Shown: piece after piece, positions 17,014 to 30,707 of the stretch
Position numbering within the stretch: position 1 is the stretch's first letter
Layout: the number at the start of each line of letters is the position of its first letter
Source: the human T2T-CHM13v2.0 reference genome, Homo sapiens
Reading direction: 5' to 3' (one strand)
Assembly (NCBI RefSeq): GCF_009914755.1
Contig: NC_060927.1
Length of the DNA stretch: 64,000 nt
Translations under genes and position numbers: made by a program
Notes under the pieces: generated by a model
Database searches by the model: none
What the model saw: only the letters and a program-made list of their open reading frames with translations
What the model was told of the DNA's origin: nothing

Positions 17014-18291
17014 AAACTTGGCAAATTTACTCATATTTTTGGACTTTTGAAAGCTGAGCTGTTTTATTTCAGAAAATGTATTTCGAAATGAATTATCAAT
17101 ACCGTGTCCATTGAGCTTCTGAAAGTGTAAACATTTTATGTCTCTTCCTTTATCCCTCACTATTTCTCCCTGTTTCTCACTCTTTTGACTGTCTTCCCTA
17201 TGCATTCCAGAGAAATGATGTCTGTTTTGACAATACTTTAATATATTTATTGATAAGTGTGTTTCTTGGTCTTAATTCTATTAGTACATTTCACGATTCT
17301 CTTTATAAAAGAAAACTGTTCAGTTGACCTTAATTCTACATTTCCATAAGTTTCCATAATGATTCATAGACATGCAGATCCTTGATTTAGATAATGATGA
17401 TTATGAAGGAATGTTCTTAAAGAAAACAGGGTAGGAAAAAAAAATCTCATTGTCCACAGAAAAATGGCCAAATACAGTAAGGTTCATTTATAATCAAGTA
17501 TACATGTAGCTGTTTAAAGTAATACAAATTTCCATGGGCTGATGTAAAAATGTATAAAAATCATATTTATATTTGAAAAAAGATGTAAATGCCTAGGAAA
17601 AAACCATAAACTTTATAAAGTAGTTATCTTTGGGGTGGATGAGTAGAAGAGATAAGGAAATTGGGGCTTTAACATTTTACTTTGTATTCTATATGATAGA
17701 ACCTTTAAGAGAATAAATTAATATGTTATTTCTATTTCTGTATTACTTTTAAAGTCCACAGTAGTAATACAATGTTTCTGGCTTTTTGTGTAGACGGACA
17801 GAATATGGCACAATGGAAGAAAAGTTTGTCTTCCACTTGAAATTCTTTTTCCCACCCCTTTTTCTGAGCACATGTGTCACTTTTCTCCACTGGCCTGTAG
17901 CTTCTGCAGATCTTCTATTGTGATGTGAATACTTCAGATTTATTGCTTCATTTTCTACCATCAAAATTTTACCTGCCCATGTCTCTTTCTCCTGAAGCTT
18001 TCCTCCCATTAAATGAAAATGGGAACTTAGTATCAACAAAAAGCTACCTCAAAAGCCTTTTGGAAACAGAGTGTCAATCAATAATATATTAAAGAATATC
18101 TTTGTATGTTTCCTGGTAATGCTAAAAATTATGAACTTTCCTCAACCCATTTAAAAATTCCATGTAACATGAATGGCTGCTTTAGGCTGCACCAGGTTGG
18201 TATTTTGTGATGCTCCAGCTGGCTCAGCTACACCCACAACTTAAGTACAGATAGAGAATCTCCTCTCTGACTCCACACCCTGCAGTGTTTT

Positions 18292-19194
18292 AAAAATGGA
18301 GATGCAGGAAGAGAAAAGAAAAATATGATAACGATTCATGGTATTGAAAATGGAATGAGAAAGGGCAAGAAGCCAAGAGAAAAACACTGTGTCAGACATG
18401 GAAGAGAGCCGAAGAAACAAAAATACATTTCCAGGTCCTTACCCAGTGTGGGCACTAACACACTGATTCTCTTGAACTTCCCTGTGTGTAAAGGCTTCCT
18501 GGTGTAACCACACCACCACTAGATGTGGGATGGTGTGAGTCATTTGCACTTATAATGCCTGGGAGCTGGGTGGCCAGGTCTCTGAGCATAGGCAATTCAA
18601 CATTTTTACTCCAGGAATGGCAACCTCTGGTAAGTTGACCTCGAAATGTGGGGTGGGAATCAAACCTGCGGCCCTTCAGAGACTCTAGGCTGTGGGAAGT
18701 GGCTCTCACAGCTGCCCTCCTACCCTGCTCTCCTTGGCCTTTCTCCATAGCAGACTCACTTCCCCAACTTCAGGGATGAGATCCCTGGTAGTTAAATCTT
18801 TGGTTATCTGATCCTTCCTCACTCTGCCATTCCTTCTTAATTCCTCTTAAAAGCTTGATGTCCATCTTACTAGCGGTTTACTATTGTACTCTCCCAAGTG
18901 TTAGTCCCAAGCAATGACCCACAGAGCAGAGAGAGAGTCTTACTTACATTTTATAGCCAGTACTTACCTTGACATATAGTGAACACTCCATGATTGTTAA
19001 AAGAAGGAAGAAAAAAAAAAAAAAAGGAAGGCAGGAGTGGAGGAGAAAGAGAAATTTATTTTTGTTTCTTTGGCTCTCTTCCATGTCTGACTGACATAGT
19101 GTTTTTCTCTTGCCTCCTTGCCCTTTCTCATTCCATTTTCAATACCACTAATCTTTACCATATTTTTCTTTTCTCTCTCTGTATCTCCATTTTT
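18292..19194. repeat. Inverted repeat of unique sequence, ~140-bp arms
   Basis: 18292-18431 vs reverse complement of 19051-19194: about 12 substitutions and one 4-bp indel by manual alignment. Confidence 0.92.
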
Positions 19195-19459
19195 CTTTTT
19201 ATTCTCAGTGTTTACTTCAACTCCATTTGTTTGAAGCTGCTTCTTTCTGTGCAATAAACCCTTGCTATGTCTCACCCTATTACCTTAAAACAAATTGTTT
19301 TTAAGCTATAAGAAGCAGACCACATGGAAAATATCATTTGACCAACCACAGGGGCAGGGCCCACAGCAACTCAATAGGTTGAAGAAACTAGTTCTTTCCT
19401 AACCTTGTTCTTTTGAATCTAATTGGCCATATAGGTTTTGTCCTAACCCAATTTCTCTT

Positions 19460-20020
19460 TAGGCTTCTCTCTAGTCACCCTAAAGCTTTTCCAACTACCA
19501 TCAACAAAGAAACTAACATTTTAGGGTACCAGATCCTTACCCACTGTGGGCACTAACTAGCTGGTCCCTATAAATAATTGGTCATCCAAGTTTGGCCTAC
19601 TATTTGATTCCAGTCTCATTAGTTATCCTAAAGCTCTTCCAATTACCATCAACAAAGGGACCAACATTTTCCGGTACCCTGTTCCTCATTCAATGTGGAC
19701 ATAACCAGGCTTATCCCTATGGATAAAAATTTATCAAGTTTTGTCTTATCAAATATTTTGTAAGACAATGAAGAGTGCCAGTTTCCCCAATTCAACAGTA
19801 ACCTTAAAACATTTCCAGTTATCATCCACAAAGGAACTAACATTTTCTAGCTCATCCCTATTAACTAAGATTGGTTACTGAGGTTTTGTACTGCCACAAT
19901 TTCATTCCACATACCTCAGTAGTCTCTTTTACACTCCTGCAATTAACAGTAATAGGTGAGCCAACATTTTCTAGGGTCCAGTCCTCAATAATGTGGGCCC
20001 CACCTGGCTCTCTGGATTCA
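19460..20020 (+). repeat. Degenerate tandem array, ~4 units of ~135-175 bp
   Basis: Recurring CCTAAAGCT(T/C)TTCCAA(C/T)TACCATCAACAAAG..AC(T/C)AACATTTT at ~19480, ~19627, ~19802, ~19935. Confidence 0.75.
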
Positions 20021-20979
20021 AGTATGCCATTTTAAATAGGCAACCTCAGGCACAGTTCTTAGTCCAGTTAAGATCCTAGTTCTCTACAAGGACTTCCTGC
20101 CCAACACCATGGCTTCATTATATTCCTTATATTCCTATTCATGCTCAGAAATCAACCCACCAATGTTGACACTTGTCAGTCCAGTGTTTCTGGACCTAGT
20201 TTGGATGATTCCAATCTTCTGGGCATCCTCCCAATTGTCCCAGAGGTGATACTCAATAAGGGGTAAAACTAGGACCCTTGTTAGGTACCCATCATCTGGC
20301 AGTTTCTCTTTCTCTTTGTTACCCCATTGTTTTCTTATCTCACTGCTTTCTTAGCTCATTGTTTTTGACACTCTTGTAACTTTCCCTCCCTTTGCCTTCA
20401 TAGGTTTCAGAAGTGACACCAGAGAATCTTTCCCATTACAGTGAAAAGAATGCCAGTTTCTCTAATTCAACAGAACAGTTCCTGATGTTCTGATCCCAGA
20501 CTTAGAAGGAAGTAGCCATCTCTCCACAAATTAGTCTGGGACTACTTCATGCTTTAGCTGTTTCTTATGGTTCTCTAACAGCCATATGTCTTATTCTATC
20601 CTTCTCCACCATCCCCTTTGTCTTCTGTTTATCATGAGTAAAGGCAAAATTCAGACACTTCATCTATCTTTCCTGGCCCAGCCTACTGCTGCTGAGTCCA
20701 CAATTATCCTATGGCCCTTCCTTTCCACAAAGCTATCTCAGATGCCTGGGAAGCTCTGCCTTCTTAAAGGGGAGAGGGGGACCCTAAGATTCTGGAGCAC
20801 CAGCCCGCATGTCCTAAGGCTGGCAACACTTTTCCTCCTGGGGAGAGGGGAGCTCCTTAACCACATTATGTGTGCTGTCTCTCTCTCTCGCTCTCTTTTT
20901 TTTTTTTTTTTTTTTAATGTCTCAATACCCAGCTCAGGCCTCAGAATTTTTCTTCCCTGCTTAGAGAAGAGACACCTAG

Positions 20980-21394
20980 TGCTATGGTTTACATCTGTGT
21001 CTCCACCCAAATCTCAGTTGAAATGTAATCCCTAATGTTAGAAGTGAGGCCTGGTGGGAGGTGACTGGATCATGGGGGTGGATCCTTCATGAATGGGTGA
21101 GCACCATCCCTTTGGTGCTGTTCTCATGAAAGAGTTCTCATAAGATCTGGTTGTTTAAAAATATGTGGCACCTTTCCCCTCTCTCTCTTCCTGCTGCTCC
21201 AGCCGTGTAAGATGTGCCAGCTTCCCCTTTGCCTTCTGCCATGATTATAAGTTTCCTGAGGCCTCCTCCATAGCAGAAGTTGCTATGCTTCCTGTACAGC
21301 CTGCAGAACCATGAGCCAAATAAACCTCTTTTCTTTATAAATTACCCACTCTTGGGTATTTCTTTATAGCAATGCAAAAATGGACAAATAAATA
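20980..21394 (+). mobile_element. MaLR solo LTR (MSTA/MSTB-like)
   Basis: TGCTATGGTTT start, AATAAACCTCTTTTC near end, 5-bp TSD CCTAG. Confidence 0.88.
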
Positions 21395-22673
21395 CCTAGG
21401 AATCTCAGATCTCACAGGTAACGTTCTTCTACGTCAGTCAGAGCTAAAGCAGCTTGGGTATGGAACTGACCATTAATATACCTACACCCAGATGGTGAAG
21501 TGAATTGAGATTAGAGTATTTTGAAATGAATTCCATGAATCTCCTTCCTCTGGAACAGTTTTAATTGCAGTCTGTGGGTCTTGGCCAGCCACACTCCATC
21601 TAGTTCCAACCACCTTCATCAGCCCAAACCTTATAACATTTCTTAGTTGGATATGCTGCTCCCTTATAAACTGTTGATTAAAAAGAAATCAATCTCTGCC
21701 TCTTCTGTTGTTCCAATAGGAAAGATGGGAAGGACACTCACTAGAGGTATTGAGACCTGAGATACTTCCATTCCAAAGCCTGTAGTGTCAAGTGCAGTCC
21801 CGGAAGATGATTATAGGATAGGCTTACAGTACCCTCTGAGATGACTCTCTCCTGGAAAAGTTGGTTTTCCACACATGGGTCAGTTTTCAGTTTCCAGGGT
21901 GAAGCACTTTTCTGGCTGTGAGGTTCCAGCAGAACCCACAGCTCTGTATCCACCTCTACACTCGCATGGCTGGGGCAATTCTTGACAGGTTCCACAGCAG
22001 TGGTCCTCATCTAAGCTCCCTCAGAGAGTGTGTTCAGGCTCTTCCTGATTGGTGTTAGGGACCAGACATCTTTTAAATTTTCCTTTAAGCTCTCCTTTTG
22101 CTGTTCTCTGAGCCAGTAAATTAAAAAATTTAAAAGATGACTGGTCTCCAGATTATCCTTGCCTCTATGGAACTCTCCTATCCCCAGAGATATGCTCCAG
22201 ATTCCATAGGATACAGCTCAAGAAAACAATTATGGAATACTAGAGTCTACAGTGGCCTCCAAGGTGTGAGAATTTGGAGGTCATTCAGCCAATCACCAAC
22301 TCTACTCAGTTCTACCCTCTTGGTCTATTTACTTTTCCATCCCTCTTTTTTTTCATCTTGGGTGTAGAATCCCATAGGCAATCACCCAAAATGAGTGGTT
22401 CCTTTGAACGCATACATTTTTTATTCAAAGTTATTCTTCATTATGCTGTGTAATTTTGTAATAGTGTGAAAAGAAGGTTCTTATATAGTATTAAATGAAA
22501 AAACCCAATATTATATTCACCCTATCATCATGTCTGTATAAAAATGTGGATGCTGTTGGAGCAGATCTAGAAAGAAATACAAAACTGAACCAGGTGATAT
22601 GTTAGGAAAGTGGGTTTGTGAGTGATTGTATAATAGTACAAACTGATTACGCTTTTCTTTTTTGATTATGATT

Positions 22674-22996
22674 TCTTTTCTTTTCTTTTCTTTTCTTTTT
22701 CTTTTTCCTTTTCTTTTCAAGACAGGGCCTTGCTTTGTTGTCCAGGTTAGAATGCAGTGTCATGATTATAGCTCACTGCCGCCTTGAACTCCTGGGCTTA
22801 AGTGATCCTCCCGCCTCAGCCTCCTGAGTAGCTAGAACTATAAGCATGTACCACCTGGCTAATTCTTTAATTTTTTTCTAGAGACAGGGTCTTGCTTTGT
22901 TGCCCAGGCTGGTATTGAAATCCTGAACTCAAGTGATCCTCCTGTCTCAGTCCCCCAAAGTGCTGGGATTAAAGACGTGAGCCACCAATCCTGGCC
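22674..22996 (-). mobile_element. Alu SINE (AluJ-like)
   Basis: Antisense Alu with (TTTTC)n tail. Confidence 0.92.
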
Positions 22997-23159
22997 TGCT
23001 ACAAAATCATATACAGCATAATCAGAAAATAAAATGGAAATAAGGGGAGAAGAAATTGGAACAAAAGGAGAAGGAGGTTGGAACTGTTGGCTAAGGTCTT
23101 GTAATTACTGCAGCTCTACAGATCCAGTGAACGACGGTAGAGCCACGAAGTAGAAAGAG

Positions 23160-23710
23160 CACAGGACCTGGCATCAGAAGGTAGGAATCTGAGCCCCAGC
23201 TAAGTGAGAAACAAGAAGGCAGCTCCTGACAGCTGTCAGCTGGGAGCTGGCCTGGCATGGGGTACTCTTGTTGAATGTAAACAATTTCACACAACACCAA
23301 TATCTGATAAGGTCATTGTGTGCCCACAACAATGGGAGACAAAGGACCACACTTATAATCATGCCTGGGTGCTGACAAAAATAGAACATTGTACAAAATG
23401 CAAAAATACTAAACATCCCCTCACCTGGCTCACATGAGTGATCACTGCTTCTCTACCCATTACAGTATTAGCCCTGGCCTGCTAAATAAGAATTATCCAG
23501 ATATCCAAGTATAGAATTGCTCCCATTATGTGAGAGCACCCAGTCCAGAAAAAACAAAACACAATGTGCTTCATCAATACAAGCCCAAATCACAAAATAA
23601 GCACTTGCTAAGAAAGTTTTATAAAAGGTCCCATGGCTTTCCATTCTTACAAGTATGTCATTAAACCCAGTTTTCTTCAGTTACAGGTGTGTTCTTGGCC
23701 ATCTTTGGCT
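23160..23710 (+). mobile_element. Diverged ERV1 LTR (MER34/MER39-like)
   Basis: Motifs resembling this family (CAGCTGGGAGCTGGCCTGGCA, TGATAAGGTCA); boundaries uncertain. Confidence 0.45.
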
Positions 23711-23732
23711 GCATTTTGCTTGCTGTAGGTTC

Positions 23733-24028
23733 TTTTTTCTTTTTCTTTTTTTTAGACAGAGTCACTTTGTTGCCTAGGCTGGAGTGCAATGGCGTGATCA
23801 TGGTTCACTGCAGCCTTGACCTCCTGGGCTCAAGCAATCATCCTCAGCCCCCTGAGTAGCTGGGACTATAGGCATGTGCCACCACACCCAGCTAATTTTT
23901 AAATTTTTTGCAGAAGTGGGGTCTCACTTTGTTGCCCAGGCTTGTCTTGAAATTCTTGCTTCAAGCTCTCCTCCTTCCTTGGCCTCTCAAAGTGGTGGGA
24001 TTACAGAAGTGAGCCACTTCAGCTGGCC
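23733..24028 (-). mobile_element. Alu SINE (AluJ-like)
   Basis: Antisense Alu consensus. Confidence 0.92.
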
Positions 24029-24316
24029 TGCGCTGGGTTCTTGAGCAAAGCATTCAAACTTGCCATTCTTTGCTTTGATCTAGTCAGTGGAAAAGAAGAT
24101 AATCTCTGGAAGAGAAAATAAGAAATTGCATGTGTAGTACACTGTACACCCTACAATGTTACCTACCCTTTACTTCCAGTTCTCTGAAAGCATAATGTTC
24201 TCTCAATTGCCTGGCTCTGCACATGCTGCCACTGCTCCCTCTGCTTGGAAAAACATTCCCTCAGCTGCCTATAAAACTGCTACTCATACTTTGGCTGTAG
24301 GTGCTGGGAATATTAG

Positions 24317-24640
24317 TGTATTAATTTCCTATTGCTATTGTAACAAGTTGCTACAAATTTAGTGCCTTAAAGTAACGCAAATTTACTATCTTACAATCGT
24401 GGAGGTCAGAAGTCTGAAATGAGTTTCAATGGGCTAAAATGAAGGTGTTAATAGGGCTGTATGCCTTCTGGAGGCCCTAGGGGAGATCCATTCCCTTCCT
24501 ATTCTAGCTTCTGGAGGTTGCCCGCATTCCTTGGCTTGTTGCCCCTTTATTTTCCAAGCCAGCAGCAGCCAGTTTAATCTTTCTCACATGTTGCTGAGGG
24601 TGCTATTTTTTTTTTACTGGGTGGCCATATAAGTCCTCTC
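24317..24640 (-). mobile_element. MLT1 MaLR LTR fragment
   Basis: TGTATTAATTTCCTATTGCT...GGAGGTCAGAAGTCTGAAAT typical of MLT1. Confidence 0.7.
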
Positions 24641-25123
24641 TGATTGGGTGGTATGTGAACCAGGACCTGAGTGAAGTGAGGAAAGAGAGCTGCATGCATA
24701 TCTTGGGAGGAAAGGTTTCTGGCATGGAGGATGGGGAGAGCTGCAGGAGCCACGTCAGGCAAGTAGCTGAGTAGGCCACATGCAAGCATGCTACTTATTT
24801 CTGAGTGCTTACCAGCAAGCCGACTGGAGGTTAATTTCTCAGGATCAGTTTCCTTGGCGCACTCTCCTAGCAAAGCAAAGCTTCACACTTCTCTGGAATC
24901 TATTCCACCAACCCCCAGCCAGGCTGTAAACCCCCAGAAGTGGGACTGTTTTGTTTACTGTTGCATTTCAAAAGGTCAGCATGGTGCCTAGGCTCTCCAT
25001 ACATGTCTGTTGTACAAATGGGAGACTATACTGATTCAATTTAGTGTAACCAGGCTTGAGGCAGAAATGGAACTGCTCTGGATGGGTTTGGATTTGAAAT
25101 AGGCATGTGCCTCCTGATGTCTG

Positions 25124-25458
25124 TGAGACAGGTGGGAAGGGCTCCCTGGCAAAACTCCAGTTGCCTGTGCACAGGAAGGAGTGCATACTGGGGTGGAACA
25201 CAGAAGTTCATGCCCTTTGCAGCAAGAGGAGGAGCCTGGCCCCTCCTCTTCCTGGGTAGAACCTGGAATTCAAACTGTGAGGCCGGAAGTGCACCAGCAG
25301 GGACTGGCTTTGCAGGGGGTCCCTGTTTACCTTTTTTTCCCTTTTCACCCAGTAAAACTCTGCTTTACTCACCTTTCAGATTGTCTGCGAGTCTAAATTT
25401 TCATGGCCATGTGACAAAGACCCTGTCTTTAGCTGAACTAAGGAGAAGTCCCGCAACA
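25124..25458 (+). mobile_element. ERV1 solo LTR (MER48-like)
   Basis: TGAGACAGGTGGGAAGGGCTCCCTGGCAAAACTCC start; AGCTGAACTAAGGAGAAGTCCCGCAACA end. Confidence 0.7.
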
Positions 25459-27919
25459 TTTGGAGGATCAACTTTGATCTGTCTGGATGAGGAGAAGGGC
25501 CCTAGGACTTAGGTAGAAGACAGTGGGTGGGCCTGAGGGGTGCTGTGGCCAGAAGCCGTGCTAAGGAACTGCCAGTCTCACTGGTGCCTGAGGTGGTAGC
25601 ACAATAGCAGCAACATTGGTTAAGAGAGGAGCAGGAATGGCTGCAGCCACAAAAATGGCAGCCACCTCGTGGTGGGGAGGCAGCCCTGTTAGCCATGGTG
25701 GCAGGGCTGGCAGCCAGAGGCACCATCCCAGACTCCATTCCAAAAACATAAGAGATGGTCACAGATAAAGAGGGCTGAGGCGACAAGTGGTGAGAGTCCC
25801 CCATTATGGAACAGAAGAGCCAATGGGTAGACTCCTGCATTCAGGCTGGTGGGGGTCAGCAAAAAGCTATAGACTTTGTCATTTTGTCTTAATTGCACCT
25901 TGAGATTACTGGTGGTGAGAAAGAACTCATTACATGAATAAGATATGTCACAACCAGACTCAACAATGGGATCCTCCCTGTGACAGCCTACAAATTCCCC
26001 AGGCTTCATTGCTGGGAGAGGTCACTTGGTGAAAGCATATCTTATTATTCTAGTCTCTGCCCCCCACAACCCCTTCCCTCCCTCCTGTCCTTCCTTCTTT
26101 CCTTCCTTTTTTTCTTTCCCTCTTTCACTCAACCCACTGGCATGCTGAAGCTGGCTCTCGCAGCTGGCAAGAGCCGACTGTGCACATCTTTCTCCAACCC
26201 TATGCTCAGGGATGTCATATTGGTAGCTGGAAATTGGCTACCAATTGGTAGAGCTGTAAGGGGGAAAATGCAGTATTAGTATGGCCCCAGAACCAGGTTA
26301 CCTCCATTTGAATCCTGGTTTTGCCACTGCTAGCTTTGGTATGTCAGTGAAGTTGCTTAATCCTTCTGTGCCTCAACTTCTTCAGCAGTTTAGTAGGGAT
26401 AATAATAATATCTGTTTTGGGGCAAGTTTTGGTGAGTAAATGAGTTAATATGTGTAAAGTGCTTGGAATAGGGCATGGCACGTAGAAAGCACAGATACTG
26501 TTCCAGGTGCTGTGAGAGCTAGTGTTTGCTAGTGGTCATTTCATATTTTCACCTTATAATGAATACATTTCAGAATTTCAGCTGCTGGAAGCCTACTCCC
26601 AACAATGGTTGGAGATGACGGGCTCTGCTTGTATATGTGAATTCCTGGTCCCTGTACACAACATATGTGTCTCTTGTCCCTTCTTGACACATTTCTTTCC
26701 CCAACATTGAGGAAGATGCATGGCATGGGCATTTTTTGAGCCCTGCCACTGGTCGGCACATCCTGTAATTGCCCTGGCACCCCTGAGGCACCCTTGGCCT
26801 TCAGAGCTCTTAGAATGGGGCAGATGGCTGCCAACATCTGTACGAATATCTGCTGAACATTTGCTTCCTGCTTTCCATACAACAGGCTAAGATATACTTA
26901 GAATGATCTTCTTTTAAAAGAAGGGAGCCTGTACTCTGTTTAGAAGGGTAAGTCCAATATCCAGGTCAGCCTTGTTTTATTGTGGAACCCAAATTATTTT
27001 ATTATGAAATTATAGGGAGTAAATGGTATACAGGAAAAAGCACTGAACTAAAAGTCAGCTTAATCCTGAAAGTTTAATTCTTGAGTCCTGGTTCTGTCAT
27101 TCCTTGTGTATTTGACCAGAATTTGACCAGAATGTAAGTATTTGGTAGTTGAATTAACCCAGATTATCTTAAAGGGCTCTTTCCCTTAGGACATGTTTTT
27201 AGGAAAATCACATAAGTGGAATATTCTCGTTCCTTCAGTCAGACTCATTTAAATTCAGGATGCAAAACAATTTACAACAAAAATAAGAAATATTTCTTGT
27301 AAGGAAGCCTTAGATGGTAGCCCATTATTTATGCAGCCAGTGAGTTATGAAGATTTGAAGCTATCGTGGAGTGATAAAGGTTAGTCTCTTAGTCCCTGAG
27401 TCTGGAGGGAAGGGACACACTTGCTGGGAGTATTGGGTTTGATCGTTCCGGGCAAAGCCTAGTGACAGTGGTCAGAAGATCATTTGATAAAAGAGGAATT
27501 GAGCTGAAACGTCTCTCCCTTGAAGAAATTCTGGTACAGAATAGGTGCAAAAACCTGATCTTTAAACATTCAAATTATACAGTCAGTGGGTCCCAATTGG
27601 GGGACAGTTCTTACAGAGACATTGATTGTGACCCATGGTCTGGAGCCCTTGGAAGCTTAAAAGAGGCAGTGGGCAATATTCTGTGAGCTTTCTCTTTCGT
27701 TAATGCAAACGATTTCCTTCTCAGCTTTTTCTTCTTTCACTTCTGGAGTCCAAGTCATTATGTCTGTATTGTTTCTCCTTTCCGTCCACTTTTTCCTTCC
27801 CTCTCCTCTCTATCCCCTCTCTGCCTGCAGTTACTCATTATTGTTAATATGGTGCTAGTTTCTTTGAGTTATTTGGTGACCTGAGTTAGTAACAGTTGGC
27901 CTTTGTACAATTAGCATCT

Positions 27920-28388
27920 TTGTTAGTTTGCTAGAGCTGCTGTACCAAAATGCCTCAGGCTGGGTGGCTTAAACAACAGAAATTTATTGCCTTACAGCTC
28001 TGGAGGTCAGAAGTCCAGGGTCAAGTGTAGGCAGGGTTGGTTCCTTTTGAGGGCTGTGGGGAAGAATCTGTTCCATGCTGCTCCTCTAGTTTCTGGTGCT
28101 TTGCTGGAACTTTTCAGCATTCCTGGTCTTGTGGATGCATCACCTCAATCTCTGCCTTCATCTGCACATGGCATTCTCTCTGTGTGCATGTTTATCTCTG
28201 TGTTCAAATTTCCCCTTTTTATGAGGACACAGTGATATTGGATAAGGGCCCACCCCAATGATCTAATTTTAACTTAATTACCTCTGTAAAGATCACATTT
28301 TCAAATAAAGTCACATTTTGTGGTACTGGGGAGGGATGAAGACTTCAACATATCTTTCTGCAGGGAGACACAATTCAACCCATAACAG
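27920..28388 (-). mobile_element. MLT1 MaLR solo LTR
   Basis: GGTGGCTTAAACAACAGAAATTTATT ... ACAATTCAACCCATAACA. Confidence 0.82.
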
Positions 28389-28835
28389 CATCTAAGGGAA
28401 TATCTGTGCAGCAAATAGATGTCTAAATTGTTCAATAAAGTAACTACAAATGTTACTGAGCATTTCCTATGGGCTGTGTAAATGTATGAGATATATATGT
28501 TATCTCATTTACTTGTTAAAAAAATGAGATAGATACTACTGTGAACTTCGTTTTACAGTTGAAGGGTGTGAGGCCTTGAATAAGTGATTTGCCCAAGGCA
28601 ACACATGTGTTACCTACCAATACCATGTTTCAAGCTTAGAACTGTCTAATTCCAGCATCTGAACTTGTAGGCACATGCATAGTGCTTCCAGAATAGACCA
28701 CTGAGCCTGTCAAAGAAAAATGTCCCATGCTCCTTACTTAATTTTTAAAAAGTAAAATCTATTTTTCCCTTTCTCCATTTCTGCTAGTAAAGTTGAGACC
28801 TGCTTTCCCCTCTATTATTTTGTTTATTAAGGTGT

Positions 28836-29141
<306 letters not shown>

Positions 29142-29879
29142 TAAGGTATTCTTTTGATGGATTTTGGTAACTGTACAAAATCATGTAGCCACCACCATAA
29201 CCTAGACACAGAAGAGGTTCCTTATCCTAAAAAGTTTCCTCCTGGCCCTTTACAATTGAAGCTTGCCCACCACTACCCCTAGACCCAGACTACCAATCAG
29301 TGTTTTGTCTTTATAGTTTCCTACAAACTGTTTTGCTTTATAATGATAAAGTCCTAAAAAGAGCAAGTCTTTGTTAGTAACCAAAAGAGTCTGAGAAAGA
29401 GATGAAGAAGAAGTCTTCTCTTACAGTTCCAATGGGAGGAATAACTTTCGTGCATTAAAACTCGTTAAAATAATCTGATACGATAAGAGTTAATTTGCTA
29501 ATATTCACGATATTATTAATTTTTCTTTTCTAATGTAAAATGGAGACTTGTAAGAACAGTCGTTATTGCTCATTTTTCTAACCTTAGTGCTTAAACACAA
29601 TGTCAACACAGGACAGACGCTCAATAATTATTAATTCCATTAATGAATGAATGGGAATTAATGTTGAAGATCTTCCTATCTTTAAAGGAGCCAGATAGGA
29701 ATCACTAGATTCTCTAAGGCTTTTTCTCTTTTTTGCCCCTGAAGAACTGGGAGTTTATAAGGAGTAAGAAAGTTCAGTTTATCATGCAAGTCATTTGCCT
29801 GGAAATTGAAAATACATACTTTGTTTTACATCAGAGGCTCTTAAACTTTTTTGGTCTCAGGACCAATTTATGCTCTTTT

Positions 29880-30350
29880 TTTTAAAAAAAAATATTTTAA
29901 GTTCTAGGATACATGTGCAGGACATGCAGTTTTGTTACGTAGGTAAACATGTGTCATGGTGGTTTGCCGCACCTATCAACCCATCACCTAGGTATTAAGC
30001 CCCGCATGCATTAGTTATTTATCCTGATGCTCTCCCTCCCCTTATCCCTCCAACAGGCCCCAGTGTGTGTTGTTCCCCTCCCTGTGTCCATGTGTTCTCA
30101 TTGTTCAGCTCCCATTTATAAATGAGAACATGTGGTGTTTGGTTTTCCATTCCTTTGTTTAGTCTGCTTCCAGCTCCATCCATGTCCCTGTGAAGGACGT
30201 GATCTCATTCCTTTTTATGGGTGCATAGTATTCTATGGTGTATATGTACCATATTTTCTTTATCCAGTCTATCATTGATGGGCATTTGTGTTGATTCCAT
30301 GTCTTTGTTATTGTGAATTGTGCTGCAATGAACATACATGTGCATTTATC
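29880..30350 (-). mobile_element. Short 5'-truncated L1PA 3' end
   Basis: L1 3'UTR (GATACATGTGCAG...CCCATCACCTAGGTATTAAGCCCCGCATG). Confidence 0.9.
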
Positions 30351-30707
30351 TTCACACTCTTAAAAGTAATTGAGAGCTCCAAAGACATTTTGTTTATGTG
30401 GGTTACATCCAGCAATATTTACTCTCTTAGAAATTAAATGAGTAGTTATAAAACTGTTTAGCTGTTAATTCACTTTAAAAAGCAATAAAGCCATTACATG
30501 TTAACATAAATAATAGTTTTTCATTAAAAATAATGATTTTCCCAAATAAAAATAAATTTACCAACAAGGGAGTTACTGTTATACATTTTTACAAATCATG
30601 AGGTATTAGAAAACAGATTCTCACCTCTTCTGAATTCAGTTTATTGTGATGTGTTGTTTTGGTTCAAATATATGAAGAAAATGCAACCTAACAGAAATAT
30701 GGAGGTG

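Noticed and set aside
19460-20020. CRISPR-like reading of this array and of the 21-bp array at 50812
   Set aside because: Primate DNA; units are degenerate along their whole length, with no repeat/spacer structure or cas genes
21720-21746. 27-nt AG...GT exon-like segment
   Set aside because: Isolated, modest donor (GAG|GTATTG), no supporting context; plausibly chance
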